In this document: positions 49,631-61,894 of the stretch, piece after piece
Position numbering within the stretch: position 1 is the first letter of the stretch
Layout: each line of letters begins with the position of its first letter
DNA from: Camelus dromedarius
Taxonomy: Eukaryota
NCBI RefSeq assembly: GCF_036321535.1
Contig: NC_087436.1
Span: 95,482,001-95,546,000 of the forward strand
Direction: 5' to 3'
Length of the DNA: 64,000 bases
Notes under the pieces: generated by a model
What the model was told of the DNA's origin: nothing
Databases searched by the model: none
What the model saw: the letters and a program-made list of their open reading frames with translations, nothing else
Position numbers and translations under genes: made by a program

Positions 49631-52600
49631 TTGTTTTGTTCTTTTTGAAGGGCAGAATACAGTATCTAAATACAGGATGTGTCCTGAAATACCCAAAGCT
49701 AAGTAGCCCTTACTTGCAATAAATGATCATTTTGTTGCCAATTCCAAGCATATTGTCTTGAAGCTCAAAGCCTGGCTTAGTCGGGTTGAAATCATCAAGA
49801 CAGCATAATATATCTAACAGGTCCGAATTCTTCCGTGAGTGGTAGCAGAATTCCCTTCTGCTCTCTGATGTGTTGATGGCACCTTTGCAAATGCCGGCTC
49901 CACAGTGATAAAACCGGACATTGCTCAATGGTTTTTACTTGACTGTAATCAGGTTCAAGCAAAGTGTAAATGTTCCAGGAGACTTCCCTATTCTTTCCCT
50001 TTAAGAAAAAAACCATCACTGAGCCCCACCCAACCCCACCCTTAGCTTCTAAGGTTCTGGAGTCAGCAGCGCAAGAGATAAAGCCAAGATAAAAAGAATT
50101 AAAAACAAAACAGGCAGTTTTTTTTTCTTTTTTGAAACTTTTGTTCCCAGCTCTTATACCCCACCCCACCCTAAACTGCAGAGTCCTGGAATCTGGGATG
50201 TGATCTGTGCCACCTGGGGACCTCTCCCTGGCCGGTGGGCCAGTTCTATGAAGGTTGAGGTCTGTCCCAGATGAGCCCCCAACGCCATCAGAGGGGAATT
50301 AACCCTTTCAGAAGACGTGTGCTAACCTCCAACAGCTCCCCCTTCCTGCTGTGAGTCCTACTCTTTCCCCCTTTTATGCTTTTGGCTTCATAGCAGCTCT
50401 CATTCTTCTGCCAGGGGGTTAGAGAGTGCAAACAACCAAGAAGCAGCTGCAAGAAAGCTCTGAAGTGCCTATCTTGTAGGTAGGGCCACCGTGGCAGGCA
50501 GGAGAGACCCAGAGGGAGATTAGGTGAAACATTAGCCACGGCCTCTTGGATTCAGTCCAGTGTCTTTCAATTATTTCTTTATGTGCTTTTGGTCCAGGGC
50601 TTATTTGGCATTGGCCAGGCATCCATTAGAAGATTTCACAATGATTTGCCATGTTGCAGTTCTAAACAGATGTGAACTCGTCACCAAAGGAAATTTATGT
50701 TTTACCATCTTTTCCCCCACCTCTCCCTGGGGAGCTGCAGGGAAAAGCACTCCAAGCAAATTAATCAAAATGACGAGGTAATGCTCTAAAAATAATAAAC
50801 TTTGTTGTAGTCTGGATCTCTTTCAAGTTTGAGCTCATTTTGTGAGCTTGAAGATCCATACGTCACATCACATGCATATATTTTTTATTAGAGTGAAGTG
50901 GGCAATTGCACAGGAACAGATAAGTTATTAACACACATAAATGCAATTACTCTCCTAACACTGAACTGCATTTTAACTAAGTTAATTAAGCAACTTGGCC
51001 AAGAAAGGGGCAAAGGGTAGGTGTCTTAATGATTCCTTAACTTGCCTCTAGAAGCCAGCTATGCAAATCAGGACCGGCTACAGGCTTTGGGCTCTGAAAT
51101 CATGACTGCACAGAAATTGAAGTGCAGAGTTAGAATTTAACAACAAGGGGAAATATATGTTGTGTCTTTTTGGGCTTCCTTCACCTACTAACAGATGTGC
51201 TGTTGCTAGACAAAGGCAAAAAGCCTGGAATTCCTTGAAAACCAATTCCAAAAAGTCAGCGGATAATAATGAAAAAGCAAACACGCTAACAACTATTATC
51301 ATCAACATATTTTCAAAATACCTTTCCAGAGATCAGCTCCAAAAGAATGTTTTTACATGAAAAGAAACATATAGCTGAGTCCTGAGTTCTCCATCACTGA
51401 AATGAGATTAGATAAACTTCAGGGTGAGATTGAGCAGGGAAATCTATATTAGAAAAGAGGAATGTGTAGATTTCTTCTTTTAATGGATAACATTCTTTAA
51501 TTTTCAGTTGGCCTCTTCCCCTAATATATGTCCTAAATAACCAAGAGCAAAGCTGTTCTTTAAAGATCTTATCCAAACCATCCACAGCCCTCGATGATAA
51601 TTTATTCACGTCCGACTTTGACTCCTTAGCCAGCATGACTGTGAGAAAAACTAGGAGCAAGGATTGGCCAGCTTTGTTGTGTGTGCCCTTTGTCTCCAAA
51701 TCCGAGCCCTGCTGTCATTAGGCTAAACCACAGGGATATTTCCAACCTAAGAAATCTCATCCAGCCTCAGGATGCTTGTGAGATAATTCCCACATCTTCA
51801 TTCCCCAGCAAGGGTTGATTGCAGTGTTACCAACCCCAGCCTGCTTTCGCCAGCTTCCATTAATCATGGCTGGCAGGGGAGACTAGAGTGTTCTGGGTAA
51901 TTGAATTCCAGCCAACCTTCCAACCTAATTTAAGTCAACCCTTTGACCTCTTTCCTGACCAAATCTGCTGCCAGAGCTAGTAAATAAATATTGTTTTTAC
52001 ATTAGAAGAAGCCTTTTTTTGAATGCCTACTATGTGTCAGCTTTGGGAGATGCATCCGTTATCACACCCCACTCGTTCATTCTGTCAACACTTCAGTGGG
52101 AACCCAGACACAAGGGATTAACAGATAGTGAAGATGAGTGTAAAGGTCACCTTGGGGTCAGTCCAGTGGGGGAAACGTGTGCTCTGCAGACACCCTGACT
52201 TCCTATCTTTGAAAGAAGATAAATCTTTAGCACTGACAGAACGCCTGAAGCCTCCTGCACACAGGAAAATGAAATGATAAACACTTCCCTTCTTTTAAGG
52301 AGAAGCCACGTAGGATCTTCAGTGCCCAAAGACTTCCATTCAAGTCTTCGACACGCGATGTCAGATATGCTTCTTAACCTCTCTGGGCCTCAGGGTCCTT
52401 ACCTTGTGATGAGGAGCGTGTGCCTGGGGGATCCCAGGAGAGGGAGTAACAACTCTAACCTGCAAGACTACTGTGAGGATTTGGGGATTAAGGGACATAC
52501 TGTGGAGGGAAGTGCCTTGTAAACTGTAAGACTCCTCACACATGGGAGATTATCGCTAATTACTCTCACACATGCTCTGCTAAAACAGCCAATCCACCAT

Positions 52601-53469
52601 GAGACCATCAAAAGGCAAGGCTTCAGATCAAAGGCCTGGAGGGACAGTCTACTCTTATTGCAAATAATGGAAGCAGAGGTGGAATTTCTCATGAAACTTG
52701 CTTTATTTATCTTCTTTGGTAAATCTCTGGGTCACCATCATGTCTGCTAAGTGTATATGTGATCCGGATTTTGTTTCCAGAATGTGCTCGCTAACATTTC
52801 AAAGTCTCCAGAGACCACCCCATGTTCCCCGACCTATTTCTCATCCTCAAACATTTAGAAGCCAGCTCACCAGTGACCAGTAATGTTCAACTACCACCAT
52901 CCCTCCAACCCATACTAAAGTTAGCACTGAATTGCTACAGATAAGATTCTTGGCAGTAATATTTTTTTAGGAACAATGAGTCAAGGATGTACTGAGGTTT
53001 ATTCAGGGAAAAATTAATGTGCTTGAATAATTTACTTTCTCTTTTTAATTTCAAAATGATATGAGGTCCCTAAGATTTCACAGGCAGCCAGGAGACCCGG
53101 AGTGGCCCGAAAGGCTGGACTGAAGTGGTGAGGTTAATGGAATTACCTGTCGATGCTGGATAACTGTCTGCTCTAGAGAGATAATTACCCAGGCAAAGGT
53201 GAGGTATCGTTGAAGATAAACACTGAAGCAGAGACGTCAATGTTTATTTTCCATGCTGCAGCTTAATCGCCTCCGCTGTTTAACTTCAGCAGCCTCACTG
53301 CTAACCCCGGGCCACACAACTTCACTTAAAAGAAAGAAATTAAAATAACCCGAACATATATGCAATTGTAAACAAAGTTGCAGGAGATGTGGGTTGGGAT
53401 GTTTTGGCTGCTGTAGTTGGTGGCAAGTAAGTGTTCTCTTTTACTGCATCCTTCTCCGTCATGTGATAA

Positions 53470-53660
53470 AAATGAGACCAACGTTTGTTGAATACTCACT
53501 GTGGGGCCCCGTGCTGAGAATTTTATACACATCATTCTCTTTAACCTTTATGCACACCAATTCCATGAGTTAAGGACTAGTCGAGGGAACTGTATATCAG
53601 AGAAGTTAACTGGTCCAAGGTCACATGACTAGTGAGCCGTGGAGCAAGGGTTTCCACTCT
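53470..53660 (-). mobile_element. MIR SINE
   Basis: AACGTTTGTTGAATACTCACTGTG...CAGAGAAGTTAACTGGTCCAAGGTCACATGACTAGT. Confidence 0.65.
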
Positions 53661-53989
53661 GGCCGACCAGCTCCAGCTGTTCACAGAAAATCACTGGAAC
53701 ATGCATCTTTCTCTGTCTTGAGTCTGCTCCTCTTGCCTTTACAGATGAGTCCAGGCAGTTTTATTACTTCTACAGCTGCCCCTGCTATCTTTATTGGAAA
53801 GGCTGCCAAATCTCCCATCCGGTCCTCTGTCCGGATTCTGTTTTATTGAGAAAGTATTTGCATTCAACCTTGTGTGGCCAATCCTGAGCTTTGTAACTCC
53901 CTCCAAACGCCTTCACATTGGCCAAGTTCCCTGCCGTCTTCAGCCAATCTGTAAGTAATCACTGCCTCCTCTCTCTAGGTTCTTTCCTC

Positions 53990-54520
53990 CCAAATTTATT
54001 ATTATGAAAATAAAATACAAAAACCCTAAAAGAATATTTCAGTGCACATCTGCCCTAGCCTCCACCAAATTCAGCAATTGCTGACATTCTGCCCTATTTG
54101 ACTGACTAATCAATCAACCTTTCTATGTTTCTTTCTGAGCCATTGGAAAGTTAGTTTCAGAAACCATGACTCTTCAGCCCCAAAAGCATCATTCCGTCTG
54201 CATCTCCTAAGAATATGGAGCATTTCCTACATAATCACATGACCATGATCAGACCCAAGAAAATTAACTATAATTCCTCAATATCATGTACTACCTAGTT
54301 CAGTGGTGAATCTCTTAACTATTCCTCAACTGTCTCTAGTAGGTTTTTTTTAAAATCAAGTTTCATGCGTTGTATTGGTGGTAATGTCTCTTTAGCCACT
54401 TGCCATCTAGAACAGCCCCCTCCCCATCTTTACTTTATTTTCCTACACTACATTTAGTTGTTGAGAATCCCTCCAGTTTTGGGGTAGTTGAATTGCTTCC
54501 TGTTCCTAAGGGCTTCCTCT
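53990..54520 (-). mobile_element. L1MC4/5-like 3' region
   Basis: TTTCTGAGCCATTGGAAAGTTAGTT...GCATCTCCTAAGAATA...TTTCCTACATAATCACA...CCCAAGAAAATTAAC. Confidence 0.65.
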
Positions 54521-54769
54521 GGTCCCTACTGTCAACTCTTAGCCAGATGCTAGTAAGATGGCAGCTCTAGAATTTCCATATGGGAGTGGTTTGAGCAGGG
54601 ATGGGAGGTGGGGTGTGTGTGTGTTTGTGTGTGTGCGCATGCATGCGCAATATGGTTATAAGGGTGAGAGGACATTTGCATAACAAAAACACTTTAAAAA
54701 ATTTAAATTGTTGATTTATTTGACATGGCTACTGCCCTTACACAGAGGTAGTCTGTATTAGAGGAGAGG

Positions 54770-54975
54770 TGATAAATGGTAAACGGTGTATGATACAGAC
54801 TCTGAGCAAACTGCCTAGATTCAGACCTCCACTTTGCTCCGCACAAGCTGTGTGACTTTGATAAGTTACTTAACATCTGTTACTCAGTTTTATCATTCAT
54901 AAAATGGTGGTGATGATAATTATAGAACCTAGTTCACAGAGTTGGACTGAAATGAATCGATAAGCACAAAGTAGA
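54770..54975 (+). mobile_element. MIR SINE
   Basis: CAGACTCTGAGCAAACTGCCTAGATTCA...AGCTGTGTGACTTTGATAAGTTACTTAAC. Confidence 0.75.
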
Positions 54976-55371
54976 GAATCCTGCTCGGAACAACAGTGTG
55001 TGATCCATAAATTGTAGCCATCACCAATATCAGTATTGTCCTCCCACCTTCCAGCAACTTCTTTCTCTAGTCATTTCCTGAAAGTGGAGCATCCAGCATT
55101 TCTGGCTACCTGATAGTTCTACCTACTGCCTTTTACTTTGTGTTCCCCAAGTCAATCAGAAAATTGAGGGCACTCTCTCAGTTGCCCTCAACCATGTCCT
55201 CTTTCTTCTCCCTCCAATCCATGTTTTGTTTTGCTTTGTTTGTCCGATCAAATTTTTTTTTAAAATATCCATTTATTTCTCCTTTCTTCTATTATCTTGT
55301 ATGTCTGGAATAACTTCCTCCCTTTATATACTGAGGCATAGCTTCATCCTTTGATTTAAGATGCAGTTACA

Positions 55372-55522
55372 GGAGGGAGGGTATAGCTCAGTGGCAGAGT
55401 GCATGCCTAGCATGCACAAGGTCCTGTGTTCAGTCCCCAGTACCTCCATTAAAAATAAATAAGTAAATAAACCTAATTACTTACCCCTACAAAAGAAAAC
55501 AAAAACAAAATTAAAAAAAAAA
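55372..55522 (+). mobile_element. tRNA-Ala-derived SINE, camelid vic-1-like
   Basis: GGGTATAGCTCAGTGGCAGAG (A box), CTAGCATG (AGC anticodon loop), GTTCAGTCCC (degenerate B box), then ...TACCTCCATTAAAAATAAATAAGTAAATAAACCTAATTAC and an A-tail; degenerate TSD AAGATGCAGTTACA / AAGAACCAATTGCA. Confidence 0.85.
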
Positions 55523-55555
55523 AAGAACCAATTGCACCAGTTTTTTCTAGTCCAG

Positions 55556-55602
55556 GAAGATCTTCTTGCTTAAGTGAAGATCTTCTTGCTTAAGTGAAGA
55601 TC
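55556..55602. repeat. 20-bp tandem duplication (2.35 copies)
   Basis: GAAGATCTTCTTGCTTAAGT x2 then GAAGATC. Confidence 0.95.
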
Positions 55603-56473
55603 AAAACTTCTTAGTTCCCATCCATTTTTTCATTCATTTAGGCAGCCAGTCCCTCAGTGCACATTTGGACTCCCGTGAGGAACTGGGCACTGGCTGAACA
55701 CTGCGGACACAGCAGTGAACTAGACATCATCTTAGCTATGGACAAATAACCAGCCAATTACTCAGAGTGGCTCTGAACTGCAGTTAAGGATGGGTTGAAA
55801 CCAGTTGTTCTGGACCCTCCCTGCATCCTGACCACATATGAGAATTCGAGGACAATGATTGAAAGAATGTTAATGGGTCCCTTTCCTCAAAGATATATTC
55901 TCCATTGTGCTGAAATTCCTCCCTGGAGAGGACCGCTACAGTAACTAGTGTTGCTTCCTGTTTTTCTACAAGTCCTTTAAACATTTCTAGAATCATTTAA
56001 AGCTTTAGCTATTACTGCCTATTTCCACAACAGTGCATGTGTTTTATTAGACTAACTGTAATAACACAACGTCCTCATCTGAAGAATGGGGACAATAATA
56101 GTGCCTACCTTCTAGGGTTGGTACAAACACTAAATGAGTTCATAGAAAAATGCTTAGAATGCAGCACAGATTTGTATGTTTGATAAATAAAAATAAAGTT
56201 TGTTGAAATATCATGATGGAGTCAAAGAAATTATGACTTAGAGCAGGTGAACTTTGAGGGGCTTCAGGGGGCCTGACTCAAACAGCAGATGAAGCAGGAA
56301 GCACTGGAAGACATGTGGAGAGGTCAGAGGGAAATTCAAAGATTGATTTTGACTACTTAAAAGATTTTTTTTAAATGTGGCATCCTGTACCTCCTTAATT
56401 CTGCCTTCTGGACTGTAGTCAACCACATCCAGAGTAAATCTGTCATCATTTGATGTGTATCAGGAAAGAAACT

Positions 56474-56924
56474 TGTTGCAAGAAAGTGTTGCCATGGGTC
56501 TCTTGAGTTTGGCACATCTTGTGAGCAGCGACACTGACCCTCTTTGAGAATTTCTTTTTAAGGATATTTGTATGATGAACAGACTTGGAAGGTAGAAGTA
56601 TTCTCTCCCACCAGTTCAAAGGGCAGAACGCTTACTGCCGTTATAAAATACTCAGGTTCCCTAAGCAGAGGTTTCTCTCCTGTAATGAAATTCCTGCTGG
56701 AACAGGGTCACCTGGCCCTCTTCTCATCACCCTGTGGGAACTGAGGACTAGGAAGCTGACACAAATGCTTATACTCTGGCTGCTGCTTTTGCTGTGAGTC
56801 ATCAACTGGCCTTTGTCTCAGACGCAGAAGTCCCATGTCTTCTCCCAGCTTCCGTGAACTGTAGCAGACTAATTTGTTTGTTTGCAAGTAGGGTAAAATC
56901 TCAGACGCTTCAAGGTTCTTGACA
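56474..56924 (+). mobile_element. ERVL solo LTR, LTR40-like
   Basis: CCATGGGTCTC...CATCTTGTGAGCAG...AAGGATATTTGTAT...CAAAGGGCAG...TTGCAAGTAGGGTAAAATCTCAGAC...TTCTTGACA. Confidence 0.8.
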
Positions 56925-57349
56925 CAACTGTTACAGTCTGGGTTCTTCCTACTCTCAGTCCCTTGCTGAGGGACTGGGTGGTTCTCTGAGAGTAAGGGGC
57001 CGAGATCTCCACCACATGATCCTGTGCTTGGACATCACGCTAACCGAAGGCGGACGATCTATAAGCTGGCTAGTGGGCCATGAGGTGGTCTAACATGCAA
57101 GCTTCGTCCACTGGTGACAATAATGACCAAGTGAACCAATCAGATCCTCTGTGTCAGGAATCTGAACCATGATACAGAGAAGTGTCAGTTACAGTAGTGG
57201 AAGCAGCCAGGAGTGACCCGTGAAACAAGGAGTTAGAGGAGGTGGTTCTAATGGCATGCACTAGAAGAGCAGGGCGGGCCTGTTTATCAGGGGACATTGA
57301 GAAAACCTGTGGCATTGTCTCCTTGAGCCCTGACCTCAAGGTTTCTCCG

Positions 57350-57690
57350 TGTCTTAGTCTTGTTGGGCTGCTGTAACAAAATACCATAAAGTAGGCAGCT
57401 TGGAAGCAATAGAAATTTATTTCTCACAGTTCTGGAGGCCGGGAATTCTGAGATCAAGGTGGCAGCAGATTCAGTGTCATGAGAATCAGCTTCCTCACTG
57501 ATGATCCTCTCCCTGTCACCTCACCGGGCAGAAGGGACAAGCCAGCTCTTTTTCACAAAGGCACTAATCCCCACCAGGACGGTCCTGCTTTCATGTTCTA
57601 ATCACCCCAAAGGCCCTATCTCCTCATACCACCACTTTAGGGGGCGGGATTCCAACATATGAATTTTGGAGGGACACAGCATTCAGACCA
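57350..57690 (-). mobile_element. MaLR solo LTR, MLT1A-like
   Basis: TGTCTTAGTC...GGGCTGCTGTAACAAAATACCATA...AGAAATTTATTTCTCACAGTTCTGGAGGC...GGCACTAATCCC...CATTCAGACCA. Confidence 0.88.
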
Positions 57691-59019
57691 CCCTGCCTTT
57701 CTCCTGATGAAGCCTGATTATTCAACAATTTCTGTATTCTTTGAGGCTTGGCAAAAAGGCTAAAAGAGTCTTTTTTTTTTTTTTTTTAGCTTTTTGTCTT
57801 TCCTTAATAAAGCAAGGGAGGTCTCACTATCATAGAATGGAATGACACTGCCTCCCCCAACCCTTTCTCTTCCTCACCCAGACTGACTTATTACCTAGAA
57901 ATGGTAACTCCATTCTCTTCCCTCTTCCCAATTTCCTCACCCCTCCTTGCCCAGTTCCTCCACTGCTTCAGCACCACGTCCCATTTCAACAATTACAGCA
58001 GACTGTACTTTTGACCTCCTGCCAAATGTGCCCATTGTGATCACAAATGGGCTTAGAAAAAGGAGAGCTCGGGGGAGTCTTGCCTCTGTGGCTCCCTTCT
58101 CCCTTTCTATTCCCACAGAGCACTCCTGTTCAGTGATTCCCCAACGGCCGTGGGCTTATAATGTCCCCATTTGCTGTGTTTTTTCTTTCTTCTTTTTGCC
58201 CTAATCTTTCTTCATGCTGGCTGGGGCTCTCTGAGCCTCGCCTGTGCCTCCTTCACGAGTGGGCAGTGCACCCCAGCACCTGGTGCAGCACCTGGCGCCT
58301 GGCAGGCACTCAGTTACCATAAATTCCCAGACTCTCTCACTCCATCCTTCCTTTCCTCTAGCACCCTAACCCTTCTCTCTCACACTCTCCGCATCTCTGT
58401 TCACTCTTAAAATACATCTACGAAGAATCTAGAGGAAGAAAATAAAAGCAGAGACTAAAGAGCATTTAATACAGCATAATTTTATTTTCTAAACAAACAA
58501 TAAAAATGCATAATGTGTGCTTTTTTGTAAATGGTTTTACCAATGACAGTGATTATCTAATAAGTGTTTATAGGAGAAATATTTGTGTTTTTCTGCAGCC
58601 TTCCACTCCCTGAGCATTTATACTTTCTTTTTTTTTACAAAGCTATCTCTACCACCAATACCCAGCATGGAATTAATTTGTTGTGGTTTAGATTAGATCT
58701 GTTGTTTAGCATTTTGGGGACCAGTAATAACATGATGCTATGGTAAAAGATTTCTTTTCAAGGAGGTGTTATTGTTGAAGTGTGAGTCACTTGGGTGACC
58801 TTGGGCTGAGACTGAGTGACAGCCAGATGCATGTGGCAACCTGTTTGGGGGACAGAAGTGGGAGGGTACAGACATTGTGTGCAGAGACCATGTTCTCAAT
58901 GTCAGGTAGAAAGGTCCAGAGGGTCTCTGTGCCATCAGCCAGACCTAATCCACAAAGAAATCAGGAATTTAAAAACAGCCAGCATCACTTAAAAAACAAA
59001 AAATAAACCAAAAAACACA

Positions 59020-59583
59020 TTGTGAGTTTTTTAAATGGTACAAATTGTGTGTGAACATTGTAGGAACATTAGAAAATATAGCCAAGAAATTAATAAATAA
59101 AATTATCCTTAATTTCACTACCCAGATATAATCATTGTTAACATTTTGATGTATATCCAGTTTTATTTTTCAATGTGTATGTATATTTTACACACACACA
59201 CACACAAACGTGGATGTATTACAGATTCTTTTGTATATTCTTTCTTATTTTTGCTTACACTGTCCTGTGACTAAAAATTATACATCCACAGAAAAATGTT
59301 AAATGGCTACCTGGTATTCCATTGTACAGCTCATCTCTAAGTTAATTAACCTACTGGATCATTTATGTTGTTTTCAATTTTTAAGTATTGTAAATAATGC
59401 TGTAATGAACATCCTTGTACATACTTCTTTGAACATTTGTCTGACTATGTTTTTGACATAACTTTCTAAAAAAGAATTTCTGGGTCAAATGGACCAAATG
59501 GGGTGCATATATTCAGAGCTTAGATGCATACTGCAACCATACCTTCCAAAAAGTTTCAATCCATTACAGTTCCACCAGCAGTC
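59020..59583 (-). mobile_element. L1ME-type 3' region (old) containing (CA)n
   Basis: CACTACCCAGATATAATCATTGTTAACATTTTG...GTATTCCATTGTA...AATGCTGTAATGAACATCCTTGTACATA...CTGGGTCAAA. Confidence 0.7.
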
Positions 59584-59884
59584 AGATTGGATTTTTGAGC
59601 AGTTTTCAGGCCAAGCTCAATTCTACAAAGGAGTTTGAGAATCACTTGCTGCTAAAAATCACAAGCTGGCTTGATATATGTGCAAAATGGGAAATACTCT
59701 TGTTCATACAAGGCCGTTGGATGCTGTGACCTAGGTCAGTTCTACCTTAAAGAGAAAATATCCATGTGTATGTGGACATCATATTATTAATGGTGAAAGC
59801 AACCAAAACCCAACAGTGTTCAGACTTACAGAAATAAAGCCAGTCCAAGAATCCTTGGTCAGAAAAATAAGTTATCAAAGTAAG

Positions 59885-60397
59885 TGTCTTCATTTTCCAC
59901 CGCTGCGTGACCAGTTACCACAAACTTAGTGACTGAAAGCAACACACGCTTGCTATCTCACAGTTTATGTGGGTCTTCTAAAAGGCTACAGTTAAGGTGT
60001 CAGCCAGCGCTGGGTTCTCATCTAGAGGCTCACCTGGGGAAGGGTGTGCTTCCAAGCTCATTTCACTTGCTGGCACCATTCATTTTCTTGCAGCTGTAGG
60101 ACTTGTAGAAGCTTGATTGCTCAAAGCCTGGTGAGGAGAGCAAGACTCTACAGTGCATTTACTAGCAAAACAGAGCCTTACATAACATGATGTAATCATG
60201 GGGAGGGTGGTGCTATCCCATCTACTGTGTCATATAACAGAATGTAATGGTAAGAGTGGCATCGCATCACATTGGCCATATTCTATTGGCTAGACGCAAG
60301 TCATAGGTCCCAGCTACACTCAGGGGGAGGGGATCACACAAGGGCACGAATACCAGGCGGGAGGGACCATGAGGGCCACAGGAGTTTCTTCATCATA
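59885..60397 (-). mobile_element. MaLR solo LTR, MLT1E-like
   Basis: TTACCACAAACTTAGTG...TGCTTCCAAGCTCA...TTCTTGCAGCTGTAGGACT...CCATATTCTATTGGCTAGA...AGGGGAT. Confidence 0.85.
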
Positions 60398-61894
60398 GTA
60401 AACAGCTCTGAACGCCCTCTCCTTAAAGTGCTTTCCACATGAGTAATCAAGGGGGCTGAAGACTTGGGAAGATGTAAAATCTGATACTCACTGACCTAAA
60501 AATATTCATTCTATGTCTCTCATTTCAACTGGAGGTGAATAACACACGTTCTATAAATAATCTTTGGCCCAAGATAAGTGGCATCTTCAAAGGTGTGCCC
60601 TGGAGCATGTGCTTCATGTTTTCCTGGGAATTCAGTTCCACATCCCTATGACTAAGTTTTTTTCTCCCAATTTTGTCTTGTGGAATGAAGTGGCTTCTTC
60701 CGAAGCCCATGTCACGATGACCACAGTTGAGACATTTTCCATGTGAAATTGTGCTAGCTGTTCTTATGTCTCTAATTACCGCGTCTCCCCCAAGATCCAG
60801 CCTTAAGCCTCCACAGCCCTTTGAAAAATTTAAAAAATACAAAAGGAGGCAGGCCATTTAAAGTGTTCTTTGAAAAAGTAATATGAATCATGTTGTTAAA
60901 AATGGGCACTAAAGAAGTTCCCTATTGATGTCTGCATTTTTATCTTCCTTTTTAAACTTCTAGGGAGAGTTTGTGTTCTATATTTCATACCTTCTCTTTA
61001 GTCAATTACTGCCTTCATTGTAAAGCAGCTATGACACAACATTTTCTTAGGAAAACCTTGTGCATTTCACGTATCTTGTCATCATTGCTCACAATTAACA
61101 TCCTTTGAGATTGTATCCAAGAACCTTGCAGGCAAGGGAAGGGAAGAAGATCTCTTAAGACACTTACCTTTGTCTCCTTCTCTTCCTCCAACTGGTTCCC
61201 TTTTCAGACCTACACTTAGAGAAAAACAAACTGTGATGATCCACTGGTGAGTGTGACAAATGACTGGGAAGGATCGTCAGCTTCAGTCACGCAATGGACA
61301 CTGCAGAGGTTTCAAAGACTGAGTTCTCTGTAACTGCTTCATTAATCAAGTTATTCCTTCAAAGGGAACCAAAGTTAAATGTGGTGTGTGCTGGGGGGAT
61401 AAAAATGCTTAATGTGTGGTGTTCAGAGCTTATCCTCTCTCCCTGGCCTTGTTGAGTTTCTTGCCCTGCCCCCTTCTCTAAGGAAAGGGAAAGCTTTGCA
61501 GGCGGACTCACCAAAGAAACCTGACTGGGAAGTAGAGGCAGGTTCCCCAGAAGGTGAGGGTGGTGGGAGTGGATCTCGCCTGGGACTGTGTTTGGGGAAT
61601 TGAGCTCCACATTGACCGGCAAGAAGAAAGAGAAAGTGAAGAAAACAGAAGGCAGGTAGATAAAAGTCTGCAGGGGGTGGCTAGGAACTGGGCGGGGGAA
61701 GCTAGGGTAAGGCAGGGGATTTTAGTAACAGTTGCTCTAAACTGTGTATTTGGACGCTCATAAATGTTAGAGGGAATTGTTCATGAAGACTAGAGTTCCT
61801 ACTCAGGCTGGGCTTATTGACGTGTTTTATCACTGACCCCCTGAAAGCATGTGTTATGACATGTAAGCGTGTATTAGTATGACCTCCCCAACCC

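Noticed and set aside
49821..49834. 14-nt + strand microexon (ctaacag|GTCCGAATTCTTCC|gtgagt)
   Set aside because: No polypyrimidine tract, not frame-preserving, weak exonic side of the donor
49575..50000. T25 as the poly-A tail of a minus-strand processed pseudogene
   Set aside because: No polyadenylation signal at the right distance, no TSD and no recognisable parent coding sequence
55372..55448. tRNA-Ala(AGC) gene
   Set aside because: Degenerate B box and stems, followed by a SINE body, A-tail and TSD; it is a SINE head
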